The notes under the pieces were generated by a model. That model was not told where the DNA came from and searched no databases. It saw only the letters and a program-made list of their open reading frames with translations. Shown here piece by piece: positions 62,881-64,000 of a DNA stretch of 64,000 nucleotides. Source of the DNA: Takakia lepidozioides (Eukaryota > Plantae > Bryophyta); NCBI GenBank assembly GCA_030704615.1, contig CM060732.1, positions 5,642,001 to 5,706,000 on the forward strand, given 5' to 3'. How positions within the stretch are numbered: position 1 is the stretch's first letter; each line of letters begins with the position of its first letter. The position numbers and the translations under genes are program-made.

Positions 62881-63699
62881 ACTCGCTGAAGTCTTGCTTA
62901 TGAGGATCAGAACTGCTTTGACTTGCACGAGGCCTTGACCCTTAGGCAACCCCAGAGCAGTAGTAGCTTTTGGCTGTCTTTTTTTACTTTTTGTGTTTTT
63001 CATTTTTGTCCCTAAGCTCTTTGAGCTTTCCGCAGATGTAATAAAGTAACATTTTGTTTCATTTCATTCAATTTTCATTTCATTTTGTTTCATGGCATGT
63101 CTTTCATCGTTGTGCATTTCTAATGCATGATTAAGTTCTCTTGTATGGCAATACTAGTCGACTCACTACAACACACCAACTCCAAAGCATGAATCACTAT
63201 GAGTGATTTGTTCAAGTAATTTTGAGGCACGTCATGTAAAGTAGTAAAGCAGTGGTTGCGTCCAACATTCCGCAGTCGCCATTTCCCACTCGGCATGTAG
63301 CAACTGCAAAGTTATGTGGTCTACTACCACGTTTGCCCCAGGCCCGTTTGCAACGTGGCAGCAGTGGTGCTCCGTCGTGGCGCCGCCACGTCGGCATCAG
63401 CCACCTCCATCGTCTTCCACTCTCTTCCATGTTTCATCAACGCTCTCTTTCATGAGTCGGTCCACTCATCACGATGTAAAGTCAAAGTCAGCCCAAAAGG
63501 TCAGACACAGCACAAGGCACTGCCCGCCTGGTTACTCCACGTGGTTCTTCAGCATTAATCGCATTAGATCGTTGAGCAAATTGTTCGCCCGTCTGCGTCC
63601 TTTACCACTCCAATCATTGGATGTCCAACCCAACTACCCACGTCTTTTGTAACTTCCCAGTCCGATCCCAGTTTTTTTACTTTACGACTCAAAATGTAG

Positions 63700-64000
63700 T
63701 CGTTACCACCCCAGTGGTATATGACACGAATGCTTCTAGTGGTTGGACATGTGGAGGACCCCATGTCAAGAAAGATTGCCCAGAAAGTGGCAAAGGGCGG
63801 ACAAGCACAGCTTGCACCGTTGCAGTGTGAGCATTGCGGCAAGTATGGGCATGGAGATGCCCAGTGTTTTATGACTTGCACCTGAGTTGCGGCAAGGGCC
63901 CAGTTCCAAGAACGATAGTGCCCGAGGGGCGAGGTGGACACCTCAGAGAGGACGGGTGATCAGGCACGATGTGTGGGACGAGGGCAAGCACATTATGGCC
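63700..64000 (+). mobile_element. Retrotransposon gag zinc-knuckle region, runs off window
   Basis: WTCGGPHVKKDCP, CEHCGKYGHGDAQC and a third degenerate knuckle. Confidence 0.65.

Overview
Eukaryotic nuclear DNA from a land plant, most likely non-seed (inference from spliced plant-type genes, PLS-type PPR debris, an SCA7 domain and the TE families). Left ~38 kb is gene-rich: a 5'-truncated class-3 lipase (+), intronless PHT4;6-like transporter (-) head-to-head with intronless LIP2 (+), and multi-exon NAGLU (-) head-to-head with peroxisomal ABCD1/PXA1 (+). A TE patch at 4.3-9.9 kb holds an L1-like remnant, an N4/N6 DNA-methyltransferase-like fragment, a hAT MITE with 8-bp TSD, a Copia fragment and an inverted, internally deleted NAGLU copy. 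Right ~25 kb is nested TE and gene-fragment debris: a hAT element cut by an LTR element whose leader carries an Ataxin-7/Sgf73 SCA7 domain, PPR fragments, a frameshifted P-element/THAP9-like transposase with unusual CCGGGGGGTGCACTC ends and a tRNA-Asp-like subterminal sequence, OSB PDF-motif exon fragments in both orientations, and an RTEX-like LINE family. All family assignments are from motif recognition by eye; no searches were run, and TE boundaries are approximate.
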